Shown: piece by piece, positions 1-8,848 of the stretch
Layout of the letters: every line of letters begins with the position of its first letter
Position numbering within the stretch: position 1 is the stretch's first letter
Source of the DNA: an uncultured Fibrobacter sp.
GTDB taxonomy: Bacteria > Fibrobacterota > Fibrobacteria > Fibrobacterales > Fibrobacteraceae
Assembly: GCA_947306305.1 (NCBI GenBank)
Contig: CAMZGI010000001.1
Location: 1,973 to 65,972 of the forward strand
Reading direction: 5' to 3'
DNA: 64,000 nucleotides
Notes under the pieces: model-generated
What the model saw: only the letters and a program-made list of their open reading frames with translations
Databases searched by the model: none
What the model was told of the DNA's origin: nothing
Position numbers and translations under genes: made by a program

Positions 1-2790
1 GGTTCGACGACCGGGATCACCTATCAGATGAAAACCGCCGACGACAAGGAGCTTGAAACCAACGCGACATCGGCGGTGACGATAAGCCCGACGCAAAAGA
101 CGGTCGGCGGCGTGGTTTACCTGGTTTACGACTGGACGGGAACAGACCTTGCCGGGAAGTTCATCGGGATTAAAACCTGTGTTCCGTCGAACGACCCGGA
201 CTACGTTTCCTCGAATTGGGCTGTCAACCAAGTCCCGGTGATAGAACCGCCCGCCGACCCGGAGGATGAAGAGACGCCCGTTACGATTGTGACGAACCGC
301 CGCGAACTGATGGCGATTCCGTATATGCCGAGCGTCCCGGTGGAACAGATCGGATATTACGATTCCGACCTTATCACGAAAGAATACGGGGACGCGCATT
401 ACCTGCGTTCGGATGGTGAGGGGGGCGCGATTATCCCGACGACCTCTCTCCCGTGGGCGGTGTACGGCGAGACAGCCGATACCAGCACGACGACGGTTAT
501 CAATCCCTCCTATCTGAAAAGCGCGATTGAAGCCCTTGACCTTGCCTATACGATTACCGAGATTGCGGTATCGGGCGATTCGGGGGCGGATAACTTCGGC
601 GGGGTGACGACCGATATTGCAACGGCTTCCGCCGACAACGGCCTTGCGAATGAAACGTATCTTGTCCCGACGACGAAAGCGGTTTACGACTTCGTTACGG
701 CTCCCGGCAATCTTCCGAAAGCGAAAGCGGGGGGCGGCGCGACTAATGCGGGTATCGTCTATATCAGCGCGGCGAACGGCGAGAACGGTCACGGACTGAC
801 GATCAGCGGGCAGAACGACGGGCTTCTGGAAGTCAACTTTGCGACGTTCGCAAGCAGCGATCTTTCTTCAAGCTCGGTGGGGACATCAAAGGCTCTCTAC
901 CAGGTTGTCAATCCCGGCTACATTTACAGCCTAGTCGACTATCTCGGCGTCGCAAAATCGGCGACTTCTTTTTCGTCGAACGACAGCAATCAAGCCGGAT
1001 ATTTCGTAAAACTTGCTTCGGGCGGGAAGATTGATTCAAGCCTTCTGCCGGAGGTTTCGCTGACGAGAACGATACTCGACACGACGGCGAGAACATACGG
1101 CACGGGTTCCGGGTACACTTATGCGACGCGGCAGGCGGCGATTGAAGCCCTGCTTTCCAACTACTCCTCGACGGTTGAGCAGGGAGACTTTATTATTGTC
1201 GCGCCGAGCGTGACGAGCGAAACGAGCGAATACACCCTGCAAGGGACGTTCGCCGTTACCGAGTCAGGCAGTCCTCCCGTCAAGTCGCTGGTTGAGATCA
1301 ACACCCCGGAATGGGCTGTCACAAGCGTCAACGGGCATACCGGGATTATCACGCAGGCCGAGCTTGGGCTGGTAACGAGCATTAGGCTTCCGGCTGCTGC
1401 GACTGACACGAACTTTCCTTCTGAAAAGGCGGTCAGCACGGCTTTAAGCAATCTTGACAGTACCAAGCTTGACACGAGCGATTTTGAGACGTTGCTTGAA
1501 GGGTATTATTCAATCACAACAACCGTTGCGGGGCTTGCCGATGACGGCGGTATTGTTATCGGGCAGAACCTTGCCAGCATTTTTAGCGACTTTGAAACGT
1601 CGTTAAATCTCGGCACGGCGTCTACCTACGGCGTTGCAAGCTCGATAGCCGACAATGAGAGTGGCCTTGTTACCGGGGATCAGGTTTACGATTACGCGGC
1701 CCCGGTGACGCACTATCACGGTCTTGGTGATATTACCTATACGACAAGCGGCTCGACGCGAACGGGCTATTCTGCGGGAACGTCGATCACTTCGAGTTCG
1801 ACGGACGGTGAGCTTGCAACGGCTCTGGCGGTTTACAATTACACGCCGCTGATTACGCGGATTAAGGCTGACTCGACCAACCTGTTCGGCGGAACGCGAA
1901 CGTCGCTATCGGACTACACTTCGGAATCAACCGAGGACTATTATGTTCCGACCGCCTACGCGGTTAAGGAGTATGTTGACTCTCACGCCTTCGACGTGTC
2001 GCAGATACCTGCCGCATCGTGGACGGCGGGGACTTCCGACTGGACTGACACGGGGACGGGAATTGTCAACCTGACCTATCTCGCCGCCGCTCTTGCGGAT
2101 TATGACAGCGATCTGACCGTTGCGAGTTCCAAAGTTTCCGGGATTCAGACGGTTTCCGACCCCTCGGCGAGTTCGTCGTTCGGCAAGGTTGTTAAGACGC
2201 TGAGTGATTGGGGACAGATTGACGGGAGCCTGATTCCGATTGACGAGGATTCGATTGTCAACGTGACAGGTGCGCTGTCGGTTTCAAATACCTGGTTCAA
2301 TACGACAGGGGACAACCGCTACCTGAAAAAATCAGACGCGCCTACGCAGTATGTCAAGATGACGAACACGGGCGCGGGAGCCTGGACTACCGGCGTTTCG
2401 TATGAAGTGGGCGATCTGGTTTATGCGACGGACGGCAAGCTGTGGCGGTGCATACAGGCGAACACGTCAACGGCTAATCCGTTAGGCAACGGCCCCGAAG
2501 GTGCGGGGAACATTGGCAACGGGGACAATTACGTTTACTGGGTTCCCGCCAAGCTTGCCGTTGACAAGCGGTATGAAACGACGATTACCGGGGACGGGAA
2601 TTCGACCGAGTTCGTGGTGACTCACAACCTGGGAACGCGGTTCGTGCAGGTCACGCTTGTGGACGCGGACGGGGATGAAGTTTATCCCGCCGTGCGGTTT
2701 ATTTCAACATCGCAGGTTCAGATCGGGTTCGGCAATCCCCCGGCAGGGGGGCAGACGCCGGACGTGTATTCTGTCGTTGTGAGGGCCTGA
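1..2790 (+). CDS. Tail fibre-like protein, 5'-truncated by window
   Basis: Frame open from base 1; Ser/Thr/Gly-rich; repeated PTxxAVxxYV and G(K/Q)IDxSLxP motifs; CBM12/ChiC-like WTTGVSYEVGDLV...WRCIQANTS; C-terminal THNLG domain typical of phage fibres. Confidence 0.7.
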   Translation, partial: GSTTGITYQMKTADDKELETNATSAVTISPTQKTVGGVVYLVYDWTGTDLAGKFIGIKTCVPSNDPDYVSSNWAVNQVPVIEPPADPEDEETPVTIVTNRRELMAIPYMPSVPVEQIGYYDSDLITKEYGDAHYLRSDGEGGAIIPTTSLPWAVYGETADTSTTTVINPSYLKSAIEALDLAYTITEIAVSGDSGADNFGGVTTDIATASADNGLANETYLVPTTKAVYDFVTAPGNLPKAKAGGGATNAGIVYISAANGENGHGLTISGQNDGLLEVNFATFASSDLSSSSVGTSKALYQVVNPGYIYSLVDYLGVAKSATSFSSNDSNQAGYFVKLASGGKIDSSLLPEVSLTRTILDTTARTYGTGSGYTYATRQAAIEALLSNYSSTVEQGDFIIVAPSVTSETSEYTLQGTFAVTESGSPPVKSLVEINTPEWAVTSVNGHTGIITQAELGLVTSIRLPAAATDTNFPSEKAVSTALSNLDSTKLDTSDFETLLEGYYSITTTVAGLADDGGIVIGQNLASIFSDFETSLNLGTASTYGVASSIADNESGLVTGDQVYDYAAPVTHYHGLGDITYTTSGSTRTGYSAGTSITSSSTDGELATALAVYNYTPLITRIKADSTNLFGGTRTSLSDYTSESTEDYYVPTAYAVKEYVDSHAFDVSQIPAASWTAGTSDWTDTGTGIVNLTYLAAALADYDSDLTVASSKVSGIQTVSDPSASSSFGKVVKTLSDWGQIDGSLIPIDEDSIVNVTGALSVSNTWFNTTGDNRYLKKSDAPTQYVKMTNTGAGAWTTGVSYEVGDLVYATDGKLWRCIQANTSTANPLGNGPEGAGNIGNGDNYVYWVPAKLAVDKRYETTITGDGNSTEFVVTHNLGTRFVQVTLVDADGDEVYPAVRFISTSQVQIGFGNPPAGGQTPDVYSVVVRA

Positions 2791-3540
2791 ATGTTACGCC
2801 GGAATTTAGCTGAGACTTCCTCGCCGGATTATACGACGACGCTGACAAGCGACGTTATCCCGCTGACGCGGAACGGCGAAACCTTCCTGCGGCGCGACCC
2901 CGGAGCTATGACGCTTAACGCTTCGGGATATACGCCGGGGGCGGGTGAGATAGTCACCTTCAAGCTGATTCTGGTTTGTACCGGGGCTTCGGTTCCGTCG
3001 CTCCCGTTCTCCTGGATTTGGGACGGGGACAACGCACCGGAATTTGTCAACCCCGGAATCTACGTCATCTCTGTTACGCAACCGCAGGAAGCGGTGGACG
3101 GGACAACCTGGCTGGCGTCACTCGACCAGTTTTACCCGTACAGCGAACAGATGCTAGGACAGATCGAATACCGGAGAATGACGGGCGCGGGAACGCCCGT
3201 CGCTTCGGGATTGCGGCTTGCCCTGGACGAAGAATACCGTGCGTATGACGTGGATTTGAATGACAGCCGTTTCGACGGCGAAACCGAGTTTGTGTTCACC
3301 GTTATGCCCCCGTCGGGGACGGACGGCGACAATTATCAGAAACGCGGGTTTATCGCCGAAGTGACGTTCTATACGACCGGGACGGACGACATTAGCTTGA
3401 CGTTCCATTCCGACATTAAAAATCTGGATTTCGAGGGGCTTTGGCGGAAGATCGTTCCCGGCAAGAAGTGCGTGGTGCAGTTCTTTTCGTTTGACGCGGG
3501 ACAGACCATTTTCGCCAGCCTTTGCGGAGAATTTCAATGA
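2791..3540 (+). CDS. Tail fibre-associated structural protein (two related beta domains)
   Basis: Abuts upstream stop; FKLIL...WIWDGDNAPEF motif similar to the next gene. Confidence 0.55.
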   Translation: MLRRNLAETSSPDYTTTLTSDVIPLTRNGETFLRRDPGAMTLNASGYTPGAGEIVTFKLILVCTGASVPSLPFSWIWDGDNAPEFVNPGIYVISVTQPQEAVDGTTWLASLDQFYPYSEQMLGQIEYRRMTGAGTPVASGLRLALDEEYRAYDVDLNDSRFDGETEFVFTVMPPSGTDGDNYQKRGFIAEVTFYTTGTDDISLTFHSDIKNLDFEGLWRKIVPGKKCVVQFFSFDAGQTIFASLCGEFQ

Positions 3541-3917
3541 GCGTAAAAAATACGATTTGGTTCGGGGTCGCCGATGAAATATCGGCGTCCACCGCCGCGA
3601 CGACCATCGTTCTCCAAGACGATGTGTATGTCTATCCCGTTTCGCTGGAAGCAGACACCGTTCTTTCGTTTGACTATTCGCAGATGAATCAGGTGCGGGC
3701 GCAGAGCGAGAATTGGGGGAAACAGTTTATCCTGCTCCTGAAAATGGGAGCGACGGTGCGGAGCGTTACGTTCCCGACCGGGGTTAAGTGGAATTGCGGG
3801 ATTACACCGACGATGAACGCGGCCAGCAAGAATTACCTGGTGCGGTTCGATATGTACGGCGCGGCGAGTCCCGCGACGCCTACGCTTTTGGGAGCTTACG
3901 ATGGCAGCTTTAACTAG
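3537..3917 (+). CDS. Tail fibre-associated protein
   Basis: ATGA overlap; FILLLKMGATVRSVTFPTGVKW...TPT motif seen in phage fibre domains. Confidence 0.55.
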   Translation: MSVKNTIWFGVADEISASTAATTIVLQDDVYVYPVSLEADTVLSFDYSQMNQVRAQSENWGKQFILLLKMGATVRSVTFPTGVKWNCGITPTMNAASKNYLVRFDMYGAASPATPTLLGAYDGSFN

Positions 3918-4158
3918 ATACGGGAAAATCGAGGGGGGCGAGTTCGTCTCCGCTCCGCTGAATCTGGAAGTTGACGGGCGCGTGATATGCAACGTGTTCA
4001 CCCGCCCGGATATACTTGGGCAGTTCGGGTATAAGCCCGTGCGTTCGGACGCGATGCCGCCGTTTGAGGACGGGCAATCCCTATTGTCGGAGTACTCCGA
4101 CGAGGGGGATTATATCCGCGAGTCGTTCACGGTGATTGACGGAGAGGGGGTGGACTGA
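3901..4158 (+). CDS. Small tail-fibre assembly-type protein
   Basis: LGQFGYKPV...PP motif common in small fibre-chaperone genes; coupled to neighbours. Confidence 0.45.
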   Translation: MAALTRYGKIEGGEFVSAPLNLEVDGRVICNVFTRPDILGQFGYKPVRSDAMPPFEDGQSLLSEYSDEGDYIRESFTVIDGEGVD

Positions 4159-5201
4159 TGCCGCTTGGAAGAAGCATAGTCAAGGGCCTGGTCTACACCA
4201 TCGACCTGAGCAAGATCGCCGACCGTGAAAACCCGCGAACGGTCGAGGCGCCGTTCAAGTTAAACGCCTACACGGAGCCAGTGATAGTAGACTGGGGAGA
4301 CGGAACGAGCGAGACGATGACTTCAGGCGCTTTCCCTGTTCATACCTACGCCGAAGGAATAGGGGACGTTTTTCGCGTAACGGTGCGGAACTCGACAGGG
4401 CATATTCCAGAAATGTCATTCTCGAACGACCAGAACGCGACAGTGGTACACAATCTGACGCTGGCGGTTACTTCGGTCGACCATTTCGGCGGCTGGACGG
4501 GCGGCGCAACAGTCGGCCTTGCCAACGCCTTCCGCAACACGGCGAATCTGCAATTCTGCGACCCGCATATATCGGGAGTAGCGAACTCGACCTCGTTTTC
4601 AAATGTTTTCAGCGGTTCTGGAATATCGCAACCGTTACACGCGCTGAATTTCGAGTTTTGCACACAGGCAACATATTTTTCCTCGTGTTTCAACGGGTGT
4701 GTCAATGCTATCGGTTCAACGCCGAAGCTTCCCGAATCGGCAATAGGAATTATTAGCGCGTTTCAGGGGTGTGTAAATTTGGACGGGGAGATCACGCCGC
4801 TACCGTCTTCGATAACCGCCGCGGGATATGCATTTTATAACTGCCGCAATTTGACCGGGAACTATCCGAGTTTTCCGAGCGCGACTGGTTCGCTGGCGTT
4901 CGCTTTTTACGAGTGTAACAAACTAAACGGAAAGATCCCGGATATTGCAGACGGAGTAACATCTATACAAAACACATTCTACCAAAACCGGGCGGCGTCC
5001 GCTTTCCCGGACAATATCGCGGCGAGCATTACAGACGTTCGGAACGCTTTTTATAATTGTCAAACGCTGAACGTATCGACCAACGCCGCGCCCGAATTAT
5101 GGGACACCGGGGACTATCCGAGCATATCTCAATCTTCCGGGTGCTTTTACGGGCTGACGAACCTCTCGAACTACGCCGATATTCCGAGCGGGTGGAAGTA
5201 G
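4158..5201 (+). CDS. PKD-like + BspA/DUF285-like leucine-rich-repeat adhesin (receptor-binding candidate)
   Basis: VDWGDG motif; ~23-aa repeats (AFxNCxNLxG); C-terminal LSNYADIPSGWK. Confidence 0.7.
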   Translation: MPLGRSIVKGLVYTIDLSKIADRENPRTVEAPFKLNAYTEPVIVDWGDGTSETMTSGAFPVHTYAEGIGDVFRVTVRNSTGHIPEMSFSNDQNATVVHNLTLAVTSVDHFGGWTGGATVGLANAFRNTANLQFCDPHISGVANSTSFSNVFSGSGISQPLHALNFEFCTQATYFSSCFNGCVNAIGSTPKLPESAIGIISAFQGCVNLDGEITPLPSSITAAGYAFYNCRNLTGNYPSFPSATGSLAFAFYECNKLNGKIPDIADGVTSIQNTFYQNRAASAFPDNIAASITDVRNAFYNCQTLNVSTNAAPELWDTGDYPSISQSSGCFYGLTNLSNYADIPSGWK

Positions 5202-5229
5202 CCTACGGCGGGACGATGACGGTGAGCTG

Positions 5230-5325
5230 ATGACCGAAAAAATCGCAATCGGTATTTTTATCGCGTTCGGGGTGGTTGTTATACTCGCGTGTTTTTTGGA
5301 TATTTGGGAGATGGAAAATGATTAA
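5230..5325 (+). CDS. 31-aa single-TM peptide
   Basis: MTEKIAIGIFIAFGVVVILACFLDIWEMEND; overlaps next start. Confidence 0.4.
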   Translation: MTEKIAIGIFIAFGVVVILACFLDIWEMEND

Positions 5326-5479
5326 CTTTCTTACGATCTGCAATACGATTATGACGTTCGGCATCTTGGTCGGCGTGTGGGTCGGCGTTCTTACCACGGA
5401 CACCGAACTCAAAGAGGCAATCTCGAAACTTAACAAATTTCTGAAAGAGAAAATCGACAATCTGACTGACGGAAAATGA
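5318..5479 (+). CDS. 53-aa single-TM protein
   Basis: GGAG RBS; hydrophobic N-half, charged tail. Confidence 0.5.
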   Translation: MINFLTICNTIMTFGILVGVWVGVLTTDTELKEAISKLNKFLKEKIDNLTDGK

Positions 5480-5538
5480 TTAGGATATTTGTTTTTCTGA
5501 CGCTTGCGCTTGCCCTCATCGGCGGCGCGGCGAAATAA
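5476..5538 (+). CDS. 20-aa signal-peptide-like micro-ORF
   Basis: ATGA coupling; MIRIFVFLTLALALIGGAAK duplicates the leader of the next gene. Confidence 0.3.
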   Translation: MIRIFVFLTLALALIGGAAK

Positions 5539-5560
5539 CGAAACAGGCGAGAGGGCGAAA

Positions 5561-6079
5561 ATGGTCTGTTTTTTGATACTGCTTGCGCTTGCCCTGATAG
5601 GCGGGTGCGGCGCGGATGTTCCGGTAGCGGAGCCTCTTGATTTTTCGGTCGGATTTCCGGCGCGTCCGGCTGCGGAAATGGAGCTTGGCGCATCGGTGCC
5701 GGTGCCGGAGGCTGAACCGGAGAAAGGAGAGTGCAGCGTGGCTTACGGTGTTTTACTGACCCCTTCGGCGGAAGATACGCTCGGCAGTATGATCTCGGCC
5801 GCCGATGTCGCGGTCGTCGAGTTTACCGCCGACTGGTGCGGCCCGTGCCAAGCTCTCCTGCCGGAACTTGAAAAACTCGCCGCCGAACACGAGGCGGTGG
5901 CGTTTTGGCAGGTCAATATCGACGCGAGGCCCGGTCTCTGCCAGGAGGCGGGCGGAATTGTGTCGCTTCCGACGGTCAAGGTCTATTCGGGGGTGAACGA
6001 GGTCGGGCAAGTGACGGGTAACTACCCTGTCCGGCTGCGGGGGCTGCTCCTTTCCGTTTTAAGGGAGAGAGGTGAGTAG
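5561..6079 (+). CDS. Thioredoxin-domain lipoprotein
   Basis: Signal peptide with lipobox-like LIGGC; FTADWCGPC active site; cis-Pro SLPT motif. Confidence 0.85.
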   Translation: MVCFLILLALALIGGCGADVPVAEPLDFSVGFPARPAAEMELGASVPVPEAEPEKGECSVAYGVLLTPSAEDTLGSMISAADVAVVEFTADWCGPCQALLPELEKLAAEHEAVAFWQVNIDARPGLCQEAGGIVSLPTVKVYSGVNEVGQVTGNYPVRLRGLLLSVLRERGE

Positions 6080-6606
6080 TGGGGGTCTTGACCGGGAGCG
6101 CGATTGCTTCGGCGGTGAGCCGGGGCGACATTGAGATTGACCCGTTCAATCGGCGTCAGCTTAATCCGAACAGCTACAACGTGAAGCTCGGACGGAAGCT
6201 GATCATCTATACGGAGAAGATACTGGACGTTAAGAATCCGAACGAATACCAGTATCTTGACATCCCGGAAGAGGGGATTGTCTTGGAGCCGGGACGCCTG
6301 TACCTGGGCGCGACGGTCGAAAGGACGTGGACGGATAAGTATGTTCCGATGATTGAGGGGCGGTCGAGTCTCGCACGGCTCGGCCTGTTCGTTCACGTCT
6401 CGGCGGGATTCGGAGACATCGGGTTCCGGGGGCATTGGACGCTGGAATTTTCCGCCGTCCATCCGATACGGATATACCGGAATACGGAGATTGCCCAGGT
6501 TTATTTCCATACGCCGGAAGGGAAGATTGACCGGCTCTACGCATCGAGGAAGTATCAGGACAATTACGGGGTGCAGCAGTCGCTTTCGTGGTTCGACTAT
6601 CTATGA
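6079..6606 (+). CDS. dcd: dCTP deaminase
   Basis: QLNPNSYN, EGRSSLARLGL, AGFGDIGFRGHWTLE, KYQ motifs. Confidence 0.93.
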   Translation: MGVLTGSAIASAVSRGDIEIDPFNRRQLNPNSYNVKLGRKLIIYTEKILDVKNPNEYQYLDIPEEGIVLEPGRLYLGATVERTWTDKYVPMIEGRSSLARLGLFVHVSAGFGDIGFRGHWTLEFSAVHPIRIYRNTEIAQVYFHTPEGKIDRLYASRKYQDNYGVQQSLSWFDYL

Positions 6607-6668
6607 CGCGGTTTTCCGTCCCGCAGGGGTGCGCGGGTTTATAATTTTTTCAATGAGAGGGATTGGCT

Positions 6669-7274
6669 ATGGCATCGAAAAAGAAGAATACGGCGGTGAA
6701 ACAGGAGCCGAAAGAGGAAAAGAAAACGGTTAAGCGGAAGCGTCCGTTTGTGAAGATTCTCGTTTACGGCGTGATAATCTTTTTCCTGTTTCCCGTCGCC
6801 GTGAACGGTATTCGGTATATCGGCGGGAAAGCGGTTGACTACTACCGGTTTATGCTCACGCCGAAGAAGATCATCCCGGATATTATGCCGGACTTCAAGA
6901 AGGAGGACGGGCGGAAGGACAGGGGAATAAACTGGTCGTTCGCCTCGGCGTATAACGGCGTCGGCAAGTGGGTGGAGGGGAACATTCCGGGCGGCGCGGA
7001 CGCTGCGACGGTCAAGGCTCTCGCCGACTGCTTCTACGACGCCGCCGACGCGGTGATTGACGGCCAGACCCCGACTCCGGGGCGGTCGCTCGCTTTTTTG
7101 AAAAAGAAGATTCTCCTTGCCGCCGACGATTCGTGGGAGGACTTTTTCAAAGGGCTGACGAACGAAGTGGCGGGTCTGGAGATCGGGTCGATGGACGAGG
7201 TTGCCGCTCTGTATGAGGTTATCGGGAACGCCTTTTCGGACGCCTCGAAGAAGCTGAAAGGGGGCGCGGAATGA
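6669..7274 (+). CDS. Membrane-anchored helical protein
   Basis: Basic N-terminus, one TM (ILVYGVIIFFLFPVAV), helical C-domain; ATGA-coupled to the protease. Confidence 0.65.
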   Translation: MASKKKNTAVKQEPKEEKKTVKRKRPFVKILVYGVIIFFLFPVAVNGIRYIGGKAVDYYRFMLTPKKIIPDIMPDFKKEDGRKDRGINWSFASAYNGVGKWVEGNIPGGADAATVKALADCFYDAADAVIDGQTPTPGRSLAFLKKKILLAADDSWEDFFKGLTNEVAGLEIGSMDEVAALYEVIGNAFSDASKKLKGGAE

Positions 7275-8236
7275 CTGAGCTTGTATGCGGCCTTGTCACG
7301 CTGGACGACGAGGGGCGGCTCGCCCAGGCGCGGGCGGTGGCGTCGGCGGTTCCGATTAAATATCTGTGGGATAACCCGGACGAACAGCCCATTATCGCCG
7401 ACGACTCGGTGTTTCAGGACTGGATTGACGAACGGATAGAATTTTTCGCCGCTCTGCGGAAGAAAGGGTACTGTTTCTATCCGTGGCTTATCAATCGGGA
7501 AGTCCCCGCGAAGTGGCGGCGGAGCGATATTGTCGTCTGGAACCAGGGGCCGATACCGTCGTGCGGATCGACCGCCACGGCTCACGCTCTGGAATACCAT
7601 ACGCTCATTTCGATTGCCGAAGGGAACCCGGTGGAATATACCGCGTTCAATCCGATATATTCCCATTACGGCGCGACGGGCGGTTGGACGAACCAGGGCG
7701 TTACGATGTTTCAGTCGGGCGAGCTTCTGAACGGGATCGGCGCGTTTTCGGTGGAGGATGTCGGCTCGGATAACCGGTCGACGCCCCGCGATTACAGCGA
7801 AAAGAAGCCGGACGCCGGGAAGTTCAAGGCGGCGATCTGCTATATCGCCGACAATACGCCCGATATGTGGTTCCGGTTGTCCCGCGCCTGCGTTCCGTTT
7901 GCGTTCGGCTCGGCGCAGTTTTACGCCTCGGCGGAGAAGGACAAAAACGGAATGGCCGCAGCCGGGAGGGTGACGACGGGAGGACACGCGGAATGTGCCG
8001 CGGGGTGCTGGACGGAAGTGAATGGAGAAGAGTATATCTACATTCAGAACTCGCACGGCGACATTTACGAATCGGACTCGACCGGCAAGCCGAAGTCGGG
8101 GTATTGGGTGACAAAGAGACAATGTGAGCTTTTCTGCTCGACTGCCGAAAACTACGGCAAGCCTTTTGTTCCCCTTCCCCGGTGCTGGCGGCAGGACGAC
8201 GCGAGTTTTGCGATGGAATTGAAATTGAAAGGATAA
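7271..8236 (+). CDS. Papain-like (C1 family) cysteine peptidase
   Basis: NQGPIPSC (Gln oxyanion/Cys), GGHA (His), IQNSHG (Asn) catalytic motifs in papain order. Confidence 0.8.
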   Translation: MTELVCGLVTLDDEGRLAQARAVASAVPIKYLWDNPDEQPIIADDSVFQDWIDERIEFFAALRKKGYCFYPWLINREVPAKWRRSDIVVWNQGPIPSCGSTATAHALEYHTLISIAEGNPVEYTAFNPIYSHYGATGGWTNQGVTMFQSGELLNGIGAFSVEDVGSDNRSTPRDYSEKKPDAGKFKAAICYIADNTPDMWFRLSRACVPFAFGSAQFYASAEKDKNGMAAAGRVTTGGHAECAAGCWTEVNGEEYIYIQNSHGDIYESDSTGKPKSGYWVTKRQCELFCSTAENYGKPFVPLPRCWRQDDASFAMELKLKG

Positions 8237-8244
8237 GGAGCGGT

Positions 8245-8667
8245 ATGTTCAATCTGTTGCTGTGGGCGGTTGAAGAAGGGGCGGCGGAATCGGTCGGCGC
8301 GGCGGGCGAAGCGGTCAGCGCAGTCGCACGCGAGAGGGAGTGGGGCTTGATCGTCCTGCTGGTCGTGGTCGTCCTGATATGGTTCAGAATGACCGTCTCA
8401 ACGGTGATGAAAGCGATGCGCGACCGGGACAAGGTGAGCGGCGAACGGGAGGAGCGGATGATCCGCGTCCTCGTCGGATTTTCGGAAACGATACCTTCCC
8501 TGGCAAGCGCGATCAACGATTTGCGAAGCTGGCTCGGCGAACGGTTCAAGGACGTTGACGAAGGGCTAGGCGAGATCAAGGCGAAGCAGGACTCGATTGC
8601 GGAGCAGGTGGACGGCCACGAAAAGCGGATAGGGGCGTTGGAGGAACATCAGAAGGATGGGCAGTAG
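8245..8667 (+). CDS. Holin/spanin-like membrane protein with coiled coil
   Basis: AAGGAG RBS; TM GLIVLLVVVVLIWF; C-terminal coiled coil ending HEKRIGALE. Confidence 0.5.
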   Translation: MFNLLLWAVEEGAAESVGAAGEAVSAVAREREWGLIVLLVVVVLIWFRMTVSTVMKAMRDRDKVSGEREERMIRVLVGFSETIPSLASAINDLRSWLGERFKDVDEGLGEIKAKQDSIAEQVDGHEKRIGALEEHQKDGQ

Positions 8668-8848
8668 CAAAGGGGAGAACATCTACAAGACGCCGGAAGA
8701 TATGGCGGAATGGATTGCGAAGGAAAGCGGAATGAAAGTCGATCCGAAAGCGATCCGAAAGGCGTCCCTGGAAGGGAATTTAATCAACGAAAACGGGGAG
8801 ATCGGATTTTACGAGCTTCTCGCGTATATGGCGGTGTTTGTGAAATGA
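8657..8848 (+). CDS. Small protein before TerL, putative terminase small subunit/DNA-binding
   Basis: Position; GEIGFYELLAYM resembles TerL N-terminal GKLNLPRYAAWL. Confidence 0.45.
   Translation: MGSSKGENIYKTPEDMAEWIAKESGMKVDPKAIRKASLEGNLINENGEIGFYELLAYMAVFVK

Noticed and set aside
4158-5201. DGR target adhesin
   Set aside because: No reverse transcriptase and no template repeat of its 3' end seen in the window
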